Positions 50,559-63,464 of a DNA stretch of 64,000 bases are shown piece by piece. The translations under genes were made by a program, and so were the position numbers. The number at the start of each line of letters is the position of its first letter. The stretch's first letter is position 1. The DNA is from Rhynchobatus australiae (lineage: Eukaryota): assembly GCA_034780895.1 (NCBI GenBank), contig JAUZTB010000107.1, positions 67,806,960 to 67,870,959 of the forward strand. The letters are read 5' to 3'. Under the pieces are notes generated by a model. That model searched no databases and was not told the origin of the DNA. It was given only the letters and a program-made list of their open reading frames with translations.

Positions 50559-53500
50559 TCAACTTGTAGAGTTTCCAAATGCATTTGTTGCTACTTCCAG
50601 GTTAGAGGCTGCAATCTCTGAAGGCTTTTGCTCTTCATTTATAAAGTTCGAGATCTGAAAGCCAACATCGTGGCCTGGCTCCAGCAGTCCATTGAACTCC
50701 AGATTATGGATTTCCACATCAAATGTTGGTGAAATGTTCTGTGCTGCATTTTTCTCACAGAAAATTTTATCCTAATTTAAGAAGAAGGGTTACAATCCAA
50801 CATAAATTCAAATGCAAATTTCACACCTTTTCCATCTTCACACCATCAAGAGCACAAGCAATGCCATTTAAAATATCAGTTCTGTTTTTATTTTGTCATT
50901 GTACACTTTTAATAGTTATAGGGAACACAATCCCCAAAATTAGTTCATACAAAACAAGTCTGAATGCTATCAGGTTTATTGCAGTTGCAGAACAAACTTG
51001 TGGCTTTTTTTTTTAAATGGATCAATTAAAATTGACATGACATGTTTTTTTCTCCCCATTCATAATGGCAGAAGTTGCACACTGNNNNNNNNNNNNNNNN
51101 NNNNNNNNNNNNNNNNNNNNNNNNNNNNNNNNNNNNNNNNNNNNNNNNNNNNNNNNNNNNNNNNNNNNNNNNNNNNNNNNNNNNTTCATACTGGCAGAAG
51201 TTGCACACTGGTTTGGTTCAAATTAAGTTTTGATATTGCAGCTGAAGCTTTCAAATTGTGGGGAAAATTATTCCTTCACAGCTTTCACATAAGCAGATCC
51301 AAACACCTTTGTCAATTTTCTATGATTTAGTACCAAATAAGAAATGTTGGAAACACCCAGCATTTAGGCAGCATCAATGGAGAGAGCAAAACAGAAGCAA
51401 TATTTTAGGCTACCAACTGTTCATCAGACCTTTTAGGAACAGATTTAATAGTCCTTGAAATAAGTGCAGAACAAGGGAATACATGCAAGGGGAGGGGAGA
51501 ACCTTAGGGCAGGCAGTAGGGGTGAAATATGTGATCGTGGAGCCGGCAGGATTGTTAAAGCCCCAACATGTTCCAGTCTGGTGGAAACAACATTGACCTA
51601 AAGTACAAACACTTATTTATCTCTCCACAAACCCTTGGACTGGGGGTTTCTAAAATTTTCTCCTTTCATTCAGATGATTTCTAGCATCTACAGTGCTCTG
51701 CTTTTCTGAAAGTTTGTGAATATGCAAATAAGATCACTTTTCATGCTTTGCATATCGTCTAAAGAATGGATTTCTACAAATTGCGTCATTTACTTCATTT
51801 GCAGTTTATTTGCGAGGGATAAGGAAAAGAACAGATGATTTTTAATCACACTATACTTTAGTATGGGAGAATGCCCTGGGGTCAGAGTTTGTGCCGCTAT
51901 GAAAAAACTGTAGAACCAGCAGGTTCCATTTCTGAAATTTAATCCCCAGGTTTGAGTAATGATGAAATATTGTATTAAAACTTGGCACAATAATAAAACT
52001 GAGAGATTAAATTTTCCATCAGGCCTTTTNNNNNNNNNNNNNNNNNNNNNNNNNNNNNNNNNNNNNNNNNNNNNNNNNNNNNNNNNNNNNNNNNNNNNNN
52101 NNNNNNNNNNNNNNNNNNNNNNNNNNNNNTTTTACAGTTGATATTCACTCTAGATATTTTGTTTGCTGCTTAAGGTGGTGTAAACATGAAACAAATCTGG
52201 AGAACTGCAGCAGTGCCTAAATGTAAAAATTAGCATTAAAATTAACCCCAATGTTGGCAATCTAGCACAAGATTGATAAAGGCTGGTTGATCATGGAGCC
52301 ATTAAAATTCCCATAGCGCAGTCAAAGATGCCCAAGAAATTGGATTGAGGGTATGCTATTGGGACATTGAATGCAGGTCACTAAATGGATAAGGATTTAA
52401 CCATGAAAATTTAAATAGATTTCTACTGCCAAAACAAATTAAGGAAACTTGAAACAAAACTTACCATGATATCTATGGTCTTTGGCACTGCATTTGTTTT
52501 AAACCAGGGAAAGACTTCAGCAAGTTCCTTTTTTTGCTTCTCAGTGAACTTAGGTTGGTTTCTCTGCATCAGTTTCAGCTTCTCTCTATCCTCCTTCAGA
52601 ACTGTTTCAATGTCCCTGAATTGTAACAACAATAGGCATGCTGATTACTCTGCACTTTGGGAGAAACTTGAGTAACAAGGTATTAAAAATAAATTCCATC
52701 AGCATAATTGTACTCGACTTATGAATCATAGAAGTCTCTTAAGGTAGCTGGTATCAATGAATGAAAAAAAAATCACTCAACACCAACATTTCACTGTGCA
52801 ATCCATGTTGGCGATTAATCTTCAGTTTATTCATTTGCCAATTTTAACATTTGTGTGACCTATTTGAAACAATCAGTTAATGCTCCAGATAAACTAAAAA
52901 CAATTGCAGGTGAACATATTAATTGTTCAAAATCTGGAAGCTCACATATGCACTCGAATAGGATGCTTTGGTGTTGTAATTCCACAATGATTTCCTAAAT
53001 TTTTGAAGCATTCAGTGAGAGCAATAATCTTTTATAAATTTTCCACTTACAGTATCACATCGTTGAGGTTGGACTGAACTATCTGAATAACTTTAATCCT
53101 TGCAATGAAGAGTCTACCAGGAGTGGAATAAATGTGTGCAGGGAATTACCACAGTACCAGAAACTTGATTGGGGGTGTTTTTGAATATGTCCCAGCAATT
53201 ACAGATAGATATATATAGAATCTGAGACAAAGATGATAATCATCTGTTGGTTGTAACGTAATAAAGAACTTAAAACATGCAAGCTAAAAACAAAATAAAG
53301 TTCATCATCCNNNNNNNNNNNNNNNNNNNNNNNNNNNNNNNNNNNNNNNNNNNNNNNNNNNNNNNNNNNNNNNNNNNNNNNNNNNNNNNNNNNNNNNNNN
53401 NNNNNNNNNNGAAATCTGAAATTTAAAAAAAAAATCAACCTGAAATGCTAATACTGTTTCTCTCTTCACAGATGCTGCCTGACTTGCTGGGGATTTCCAA

Positions 53501-56500
53501 CACCTACTGTTCTATTAAAAATTGTAAGGGTTTGGATAAAACTTAATTCAATGCAGATTAATTCTGCTGTAGTACCTGTTATATTTATCAAATTGTTTAA
53601 AAAGAAAAACTTCTATTCTGCAAAGGAACAAAATAAGTCCCAAGATACTTCACAAGCAAACAGAAACAGACACAAAGCCACAGAGAATGAAAGATTAGGC
53701 CCAGTGTCCAGAAGCTTGATTGAGGCGATACAATTCAAGTGTATTTGTAAACTCAAAAGGGAAGTTTCAGAAAAACAATCCAGGGCACAGGGGGGGTCTT
53801 GGCAGCTGAAAACATGGCCACAACCAGTGTTGCAATTGTATGAAAAGCAATAACAGAGATAGGGAACGCCAGAGGCACAGAGGTATTTGAAAACATGCAT
53901 GAAGTCTTTAAAGTGGTGATGTTGTTTAACTGGAAGCCAGTTTAGGTCATTGAGTAGAGGGTGAAGGATGATTGGAAGTAGATGCTAGCTACGAGGTGGC
54001 ACCGGAGTTCTGGGAGATCTGTTTAGAAAGAGTCAAGAGAGAAATAACAACATTTAAAAGACATTTGGATAAGCACATGGATAGGAAAGGTTCAGAAAGA
54101 TATGGGCCAAATGCAGGCAAATGGAACTTGCTTAGATAGGCATCATGGTCAGGATGGACAAGTTGGGTCAAAGGGCCTGTTTCCATACTGTATTACTCCA
54201 TAACTAAGAAGGCTGCCAAGATGACGTAGGAAAAGTCATTCGGAGGCTACCACAACATGGAAGAGAGTTTCAGTAACAGGTGAACTGTACTTAGAGCAGG
54301 GTCAGGTGATGTTAAAGAGCTGGAAACTAGGTAGTCTTACTGAAGGCACAGATATGTGATCCAAGGATCAAGTTCCAGATGAAGTTTACCTTTCNNNNNN
54401 NNNNNNNTCCATTTCACAGACTAAAGATTGTGGTAGCAACTGTAATGGTTCATGTTGTCAGAAAAGTAGAGCAGAAATCAGAAACGCAGTTACAGTACAC
54501 TTAAGTCACTATGAAATAGAAAGTAGGAAATAATTCTCTCTAGGTTCAGGGGGTTATCAATTATTTAATGTTATGCTAGAGCTTTGTATTATCTGAAAAT
54601 CAAAGATTAGATTACAACCTTGCAATTAGATTATTACCTTGTAGATACAGTTAGACATCTTTTATTATTCAGACAAAACTGCACTCAGGGATCAATTAAA
54701 TTATTTAATCAGTGCCAGGAATAGAAATCTCGTAAGCATCCCTAACAGATTAGTATTACTGACGCAAACCTTGAACCTTAAGAGAATTAGTTGATGTCAC
54801 CCAGGGCAAAGACTGAAGCACCACAAATGTGGGCAGCACCTGGAGTGCAACGAAATAATATTTTTTAAATAGTTCAAGGATACATCCACCAGTTGCCATT
54901 GGGTGAACATGGACTTTAATGTGGACATATTGGATGAAAACTAGNNNNNNNNNNNNNNNNNNNNNNNNNNNNNNNNNNNNNNNNNNNNNNNNNNNNNNNN
55001 NNNNNNNNNNNNNNNNNNNNNNNNNNNNNNNNNNNNNNNNNNNNCCCAATCATTTGGCTTGCGACTCACTGGGCCCTGTTTCCCCACACTCCATTTATAC
55101 TCACTGGCCTTTTATCCCCCCCATTCTCCCTTTATACTCCCTGGGTCCTGTTTCCTACACTGTCTTTACATTCACCAGTTTCCCACACTCCCTTTATGCT
55201 CACGGTCCTATTTCCCATGCTCCTTTTAAAAATTTACTAGGTTTACTGGAAAACATATTATGCCACCAAGTAACACCTTAAAAAAAGTGAACTAAAAGCA
55301 TGTTAATATAATAATTTGCAATGCTATCCAATAGTCTGGAAAATCTACCCATCCAGCACCACCCAAGTCCTAACTGTGCCATAATAGTGGAGTTTTACTC
55401 CATTAGGAGCACTGCTCAGCAAACATGAAACTGAGCTTATACTGTAACAAAGTTCTTTCTGACCTATGCAATTCCAATTCTCATACCCTCAAAATAAAAA
55501 TGATCCTTGCTGATGTTTCTCCCAGCAATAATCTAAATCTGTTGTTCTTCTTCCCCTTCTGTAGGATGATGTTGATCTTCAAATTCCCACCCAACAGGAA
55601 AATTGGCCTTGCTGATTGCCTGCCTGCTTGCCTGTTATTGTATAGGCCTTACTTCTGTTTCTGTAAAGCCAGAAATGAAAAGCAACCAACCATGTGAACC
55701 AAGCATAGACCTAGGCAAAGAGTTAAAAATTTTCCCCGTTTTGTGAGAGCTGTTTGATCTTATCTAACCTCCTGACCTCTGCACATAACTAGAAGAAGAA
55801 AAATGAGGATGGCTGTTAAGTCCAGCTGGTTCAGATTCGCTTGTACAGGTTACACAGACAGTCTTTTTCTCCCCCCACAAGACTCGGGAGAGAGGTAGGG
55901 AAAAATTGTAAACTTTCAAAATAATCAAAATCCTAACTGGCTATAAAGAAGAGGGATCTATTCATCCTGCACTCGTCAATCTCAACAATTTTATGCTTAA
56001 AAATTACCAACTGAAGGCAGCTTTGTGGCAAAAAAAAGCATTTCCCTTCAAGTGCTTTACAATATAATAAACAACCACCATATTTATGCAGTGGGTTAAA
56101 AGAGTAGAATTTCAGATTATCAGGGCAGTAAATTTCAACACAAAACATCATTATTGAGGCAAGCCCCAAAGTTTAAGAATGGTGGATACAGAAAATATGG
56201 ATTAATGCAATGATAATTTTAAGTGAAAACTAAATGAACTCAATAGTTAGCACAGTTGCTGGCTGCATCAGGCATAGTGAAATAGAATGGAGAGCTTCTA
56301 AAGCTCCACTCAACAAAATTTCCACTTGAACTTACCTCACTGGTAGTTGATAGGTCATCATTGTTCTCTCATCTGCATTTGCCATTTCAAGCCAGATAGG
56401 GTCTTGGCGCACATACTTATTGCTCTGGCCTATTTTCTCATTCTCAGAGTCACTGCTTCCAAAATATTTGCTGGTGTTTAAGTAGCTACTCCCTAATAAT

Positions 56501-59500
56501 GATATAAAAAAAAGAAAACATAATCAGCCAGTGGCTTGACGAAGTAACAAAGAAATGACAAGAAAACAGAATCAACAAAGACTACACTTTTATTCATTCA
56601 CAGGATCTGGCTTTGCTGGCAAGACCAGCATTTATTGCCCAACCCTAATTGACCTTGAAAAGGAGGCAGTGGGCCACCTTCTAGACCTGCTGCTGTCCTT
56701 TTGGTGAAAGTACTTTTATGGTGTTGTTGTGGTTGGAGATCCATTCTGCTAATCAGGTTTACTCCTTCCAGAGGAATGGATGAGCTGACCTAAACTGGAG
56801 TTTATTCCTGTTCATCACCCAATATCAAGTTATAAAGCTTCTTTGGACAATTCAAAGCAAAAGAAGCCCACCAGTTACCTTGCACGAGCTCCAAAGCAAA
56901 GAAACCCATAGGCTCTATTGATTTTTTTTTGATGAGGGACAGTTAGTTCTTACTATGCCATGGGTTTGGTCAGATAAATAGACATTGTAAGGGGTGGGTG
57001 TTGGACAACAAAGATCTCAAAATGCTGATGTTCTGATGAAAGGTCACTAATTCCACTNNNNNNNNNNNNNNNNNNNNNNNNNNNNNNNNNNNNNNNNNNN
57101 NNNNNNNNNNNNNNNNNNNNNNNNNNNNNNNNNNNNNNNNNNNNNNNNNNNNNNNNNATTGCCTGAGTTGCTGAGTATTTAAGGCGTTCAAGAATTCCCA
57201 AACATCACCTCTTGTACTGCTGTAAATATGCCTCTGTTGAACTGCCCTTTGTGTCTTCACAGTGCCTGTAGTTACACCCAAACACAATTATTTAACTGCT
57301 TGAATCCCATCAGACTCTGATACTATTTGGATGTTGGATGCATCAACGACTAAAAAAGCAGTCTAAAATGCCAATTTCCCCACAACAATCAAGAAAAAAC
57401 ACTCTCTTCCCTTGCTTATATCCCCTCAAATGAACACAATAGTGAGCTACCATCTTTGCTTGCATTAACTTGATTTGTAGGGTGACAACTGGTGGGGAAA
57501 ATGTGCAATGGAAGGACATGCTTCTAGTTTGTGGCCATTTTCTAACCTTTGATAAAGCAAAATTGTACATCTCTGTGAAATGTTACTCGCATTAAGTCAC
57601 CTGTGTCAGTTCCTGACATTCCACACCCGTTGGACGGAGAGCCTGAAGAGCCAGAGGCCGATGATCCCACGCTCCCCGAGCCTGCAGATCTGGTGTCTGA
57701 CTGTAGTAACAGGTCCAGTATGTCAGTAGAAGTGGAGTGAGCATCACTGTTCTGGGCTTCAGCAGGGGATTCGGCCTTTAGAAAAACAAACACAAGTGTT
57801 TAGACCACAGGCAGGTAATATTGTATTAATTAAAAATTCAAACTGCTGCACAAACAGAAATTTTAAAAAATACAGCAGATGTTTTGAACATGGAATAGAA
57901 CACCATGTTTACTGAGCAATAATTAACAGGAAGTCTTGGGTACAATCAGGAGAATGTGGGCTCATTATAGACAGTCCAAGAGATGATATGATGGACATCA
58001 AGCTAATGGCAAATGTGTTAAATTACTGCTTGGCATCTTTTTACAGTAAGGCACCAAAGGTGTAACCTACTACATTTAATATAATTCAAACACAGTACAG
58101 GTGGTTGCATCTCCAAATCTACTTAAGGGTGTAAAAGAAATAGGTGAGGAAAACAGATGTAATACTGAATTATCCAACTTTAGGGAACTCACTCTTTCTT
58201 CCTTAGAACTAGTTATTTTTTCCTGTCATCATTTTTGTTCAGTTTTTCCTATTCTATTCATATGGCTTGTTCTGCTAGCCATGTTCCACAGCCTAGCTAT
58301 GAACAACACATTACACACACAAAGACATAATATACTTGTAACTACCCACATTAGCCCATTTGGTCTCACCCTATCAGACATATTCCCTTTGTTCTACCCA
58401 TAATTTCACTACCTTCTTTGCTACTGGCTCTCTTTCCCAGTTCTGATGAAGGGTCCCAGATTGGAAATGTTAACTGTTTCTCTTGCCACTGATGCTGACT
58501 CACTTGCTGAGTGTTTTCAGAATTTGAGTTTTTAATAATATAGGAGAACTGTGGCAGTGTTAGTCTCAGGATTTCAACATCTGGAATTGTACCTATGCAT
58601 TGGAAACTTANNNNNNNNNNNNNNNNNNNNNNNNNNNNNNNNNNNNNNNNNNNNNNNNNNNNNNNNNNNNNNNNNNNNNNNNNNNNNNNNNNNNNNNNNN
58701 NNNNNNNNNNNNNNNNNNNNNNNNNNNNNNNNNNNNNNNNNNNNNNNNNNNNNNNNNNNNNNNNNNNNNNNNNNNNNNNNNCAGTTGCAGTGAAATTACT
58801 GAAATCCATTAGCTGAGAGAGATGTCCAGTGCTTTGATCAATAGAAACCTAACAAAAGAGTTGGCACAACTTTGTGAAAGGCAGTTTACGCCCAGACGAA
58901 ATTTCAGATGAATTTGCGACATGGCAGACACAATGGTTGTCCGTATGGACTTAAAAATGTTATTGATAAGGTTCTGCACAAGAGAGTATAAAAGAGAAAC
59001 ACACTACAAATTGGAGATGGGTTTCTGACATGTGATGGAAGGTAGGAGTTAGCTTTGTGGGCACATCCTTTCAAGGGCCTTTAGGAGAAAAGTGTAGGTA
59101 GAATTTCCAGTGCAGTGCTGCACAGGTAGGGGTACTGTCTTTTGGATGACATTTAAACTCCATTGGACAACAAAGATCTCAAAATGCTGATATTCGGATG
59201 AAAAGTCACCAATGTGAAATGTTAGTTCTACTTTTCTCTTCATAGATATTGCTGAGTATTTCTAGCATTTCCTCTATTTCAGATTTCCAGCATCTGCAGT
59301 TTTTTTTGTTCAATATTGCTTTCCGCCCCCAGAATTACAGTACATTTATTTTCGATGAACTACAGAATCTTACTAAACACTTTTGCTAACACTGCACTTT
59401 CAATGCCATTTTTGTATTTAATCCCCGCACTGTAGAAGTGTGCTCTCCAATTTAGGTTTTATAAACTATTCTAGCTACAGGAATAAATCAACGTACTCAT

Positions 59501-62500
59501 TCACATTGCAAATCTTAAATAAAAGGTAAATTTCAAATCTTTGTCACATTTAATACCCTTTCAGATATAATGCCTTTTCTATCCCTTATTTTCTCGAGAT
59601 GAGAGTTCAGATCAGATTAGTTTATTGTCATAACACCACAGTGCAATAAAGTTCCTTGCTCGTGTGAAGCTCAGTGTGTAAACTGCGTATCTGGTAATAA
59701 TAAATACGGCAATGAGTGCAAAACAACAGAATGGTGCAAATAATGTAATCTGAAGTAGTTCAAAAGGAAATGCATAAGTGACAATAACGGAATAACAGAG
59801 AGGTAGAATTAAGAGTCCAGGAATGTGGCAGCACCACCGGTAAGGGGATGTGATAGAGGTGGCTGGTTCACAAGTTTGGGATGAAGAGCTTTAGAGACTG
59901 GGCAAGAGGTATGTTACTCCATCGCAGTCAGTCTGGAAGTGGTGACCAGGCACACAGTCCATGCCACTGCGCACACTTGGGCTCCTCCATGCACCAGTGT
60001 GTCAGATGCAGGGAGGACTCAAGAAGGAAAATCACAGACTTTATGCAACTCACACCNNNNNNNNNNNNNNNNNNNNNNNNNNNNNNNNNNNNNNNNNNNN
60101 NNNNNNNNNNNNNNNNNNNNNNNNNNNNNNNNNNNNNNNNNNNNNNNNNNNNNNNNCCACATCCCCAATTTTCTCTCCGATGTATTTTTCACAGAAACTG
60201 AATCACGCAAGTCAATCCAACTTCGAGGAATTATTAGTTTTAATTTATAAGCTACTCACAAGTTCTGCTTCATCCTTTGCAATAGTGTCTGCATTTGTAA
60301 CGTTGGCAGTGGTGCCCATTGCTCCTCCGTCCACCATTAATCCAGTGGCACCTACACATCCGACTGCTTCCGAAGATGGGGGCACCTCGTCCAGCAGGTT
60401 CAGCTGCAAAGGTGAACTGGACCTGGAATGGAATAACGGAGTGGGAGTGTGGACTTGTGGTCCCGGACAGGACGTGACACCTCGAGATTCTGCTGCAGGC
60501 AGCTTCTCCCTTTCTGCTGGCTGATCATGATGTTGTGATGCAAAGTCCGGCTGAGAATGGAATGAATTCCGTCCAGCCATGAAGTCCGGCTGTGAAGGGA
60601 ATGGCGGCTGAAATATTGGCTGGTGCACAGTCTCGGTCACCTGAGGCATTACATAATTAGGCCACACTACTGCCACCAATGGAGGCACTAGGGGTGCAGG
60701 AAATGGTGGAGACTGAGGGTTGCAGTGAACAGCAGGAGCACTCTCAAAGCTGCTCAGAGATGGGTCTGTTACAAAAGGCATGCCGCCAGGGGCCGAAAAC
60801 ATTGGTAGCTGGTAGGTAGGTATGACTGCTGTAATCGGTAATGATGGATATATGTGCTGTGAGGGAGCAGATGGGGACCAAGGGGGGAGTCTATGATTGG
60901 TGGTGCGACTTGCAGCACTGTCAGATGATCCCTGCTGTTTGATGCGTTTTGACTCAAGCTTCCTATTCTTCCCACTTTTTTTGTGCGCATGTTCTCCACG
61001 ATTCCCTGAAGGTTTAAATCCTCGAGAGCCTAAACAAGAAAACAGGTGGGACAGTTGTAAGCATTTGTTTCAAACCTTATTCTGGATGTTTTTACACTGA
61101 GAAATAAGGGGACTGAAGGGTGACAAAAGGTATGGCACGAATACCAGTGTCATAGCAATGGGAGATAGGACACCAGCAAATCTTCCAAGAAGCAAACCTA
61201 TAAAAAGTTCTATTAAGGTAACTCTGGAATGGCTACGAAAACAGGCAAGGCTTCATGAGATTTTTAAAAAATGTATTCACTGATGGGATCCATTGGCATT
61301 TATTGCCTCTCAAATTGCTTCTGAATTAAGGTAATTAAAAAAGTCAACCACATTGGTAAACAGGAGTCACATAAAGGCCAGTTCAGGTAGGGACAGCAGA
61401 TTTCCTTTCCTGAAGGCTATTAGTGAATCAGGAAGTACCAGTAATTCTGTGGTTACCAATACTGACACCAGTCTTCTTTGCTTTCAATTATTTGAACTTA
61501 AGATCTTCTGGCAGCCATGGATGTGTTCAAATCAATGGTAAATTAACTCGTTTTAGTCTCCAAAATGATCAAGAATAACAAATCATCTGGTTTGATATCC
61601 CCAAATTGTAATCTCCAAAAATCACACAGACACAGGATTCAAGATAACACAGTGGTTTGTTGTCATCCATTCTTTCACGCACTCAATAGACACAAGTGCC
61701 TGGACCCAACAAATGTTACTCCATAAAACTATGTCCAGTCAACACTCAAGTGGTAAACCAGCAGATGTCTGATTTAATACCAGAGGCAAATTCAAATGAT
61801 GGTAGCCAATAGTTAGGCCCATTATCCCAGGTTAAAGGCGGCTTCCAAACATATAAAGTATTATCAGCACTGCTTCTATTTAGAGAAAGTTTTTCCCTCT
61901 TACTAAAAAACAGAAAATAAACAGAGCAGTACAGGAGACTTGAGATACGAGGTCATTTGAATCAAATTTGTCTTTGCAAGTGTTCCAAATATTATTTAAC
62001 ACTGCAAAGTGCTACACAAATAGAGCAAATTCCATCCATTAATCCAAACTTTCATGATCTAAGAGTAGAAACACTTTTTCTCCCCCCAAAATTTGATTTA
62101 TAAGGTGGTAGCTATCAATTGTTTGTTGAATCAGAGCAACATTTAGCCAGAAATGCAACATAGTACATTGATCCTCAACAGCCCCTTCTCAGAGATATTG
62201 CACAGCAATACACTTTGCACTCTTAGAACTAACAGGAATATAAAGGAGACCCATTTATGAAAAATCTTACCACGATCTGCTGAAAATTCCTTGCGTTGAT
62301 ATGGAAAAGAAGATTTGTAAGTAGGTTCGAATGGTTTTAATTTACTCAGCTCCTTGAACTTGCTCAAAAATATCTGTTCTTCTTTTTGCGTATGAGCAGC
62401 TAAAACTTCTTTGGTGAGGCCAAGTTTCTTATATGGTTCCTTTTCCAGGTTCACAGAAGATGCTGTGGTGACCAGCACAGGAGGTGTCATGTTCTCTGCT

Positions 62501-62537
62501 GGATCAGCAATGCCAAGTCCATCCTCCAATAGGATTT
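50559..62537 (-). CDS. per2: Period circadian protein 2, last six coding exons (5' part lies outside the window); complement(join(50559..50771,52465..52615,56336..56492,57601..57775,60260..61029,62271..62537))
   Basis: All exons have AG/GT boundaries and compatible phases (1-1, 1-0, 0-1, 1-2, 2-0, 0-stop). Peptides: EKEPYKKLGLTKEVLAAHTQKEEQ (PER2-type); NLS KKSGKNRKLESKRIK; FPAPLVPPLVAVVWPNY; SRSSSPLQLNLL; NSDAHSTSTDILDLLL; NTSKYFGS...QDPIW...MMTYQLP; RDIETVLKEDREKLKLMQRNQPKFTEKQKKEL; last exon DKIFCEK...FDVEIHNLEFN...NSTS*. Adjacency to hes6 matches known HES6-PER2 synteny. Confidence 0.93.
54040..54205 (+). mobile_element. CR1 3' terminal fragment in a per2 intron
   Basis: ACATTTAAAAGACATTTGGATAAGCACATGGATAGGAAAGG...GGGCCAAATGCAGGCAAATGG...GGGCCTGTTTCCATACTGTATTACTCCATAACT. 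Confidence 0.75.
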
Positions 62538-63049
62538 CTGTCAAGATTTTAGTTTTTAAAAAAATGCAGTGCAAGAGAGCTTTTGTTTTGCATTAAGATA
62601 CGTGTATCAAATATGACTGTTACAATAACTCCCTTAATATATAAGTGTTTGGGTTGGTCAGCTATGTTGGTCAGGCATAGTCTTTTCATCTTGACCTTAG
62701 CCAGGGTCATAGTAGGGTTGCTGGAATTAGCATCCACTCTCCTGGGCAAAGCAAGAGAGGGAAACCCGATACATGTGCTGCATATGCATCAATCAGATCT
62801 ATTGTTGAATAGCCTGTGGAATTATACTGTTGAAAAAAAATATTGTTTCTTTAGAAGATCCCAGCAATGGAGGAATGGATTTTAAACTAAATGTCACAGT
62901 AACTTACATTTATACCATAAATCACCCCAAGGAACACAGGGTAATAAACAAAACAAGGAATTGAGGATTGCTCACTTTCTCAATTTTGATCTCGACTGTC
63001 CACTTGAATGGAAGCTGGGGTCTATTGATTTAAACATGCACTGAGAGAG

Positions 63050-63440
63050 TTGGCTGGATCACATAAAGCATTACTGTACTGTGCTGGCAAGATCAAAGAG
63101 TTCTGGACAAGCTCCTCCCATTGTGATATTTGACCCTACCACAGTGATAAAACAACTCTAAACAATGTTATTATGTCTATATGATTGTGACAAGGATAAT
63201 CAATCCCTCCTCATCCTTTACAATCTATCTGCAGACCTTGTCACAATTGACGATGCCTATGCTTATCCAACAGATCTCCACTGTCACCCAGCTGGAAAGG
63301 GCTGGCTTTACCATAAGCAGAGTATCATGAATAATGGCCCCTCTCGTTTCTGGAGTTCCTGAAGGATCGAACCTTGACTACTTATTTCTCATCTACATGT
63401 TGCTCTTTGACAACATTATACAAAAACATCGCTGTTAAGA
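63050..63440 (+). mobile_element. Decayed L2-like LINE RT fragment
   Basis: LCLYDCDKDNQSLLILYNLSADLVTID resembles the L2 RT motif SxLxLLDLSAAFDTID. Confidence 0.5.
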
Positions 63441-63464
63441 TTGCTTGGCTGACACCTAATAATC

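Noticed and set aside
51059-51210. 26-bp direct repeat TTCATA(A/C)TGGCAGAAGTTGCACACTG
   Set aside because: The copies sit on either side of a 100-N gap, so this is most likely unmerged contig ends or two haplotypes.
60830-60880. Absence of the human SCPA heme-regulatory motif (here SQHIYPS)
   Set aside because: As far as I recall this motif is poorly conserved outside mammals, so its absence is not informative.
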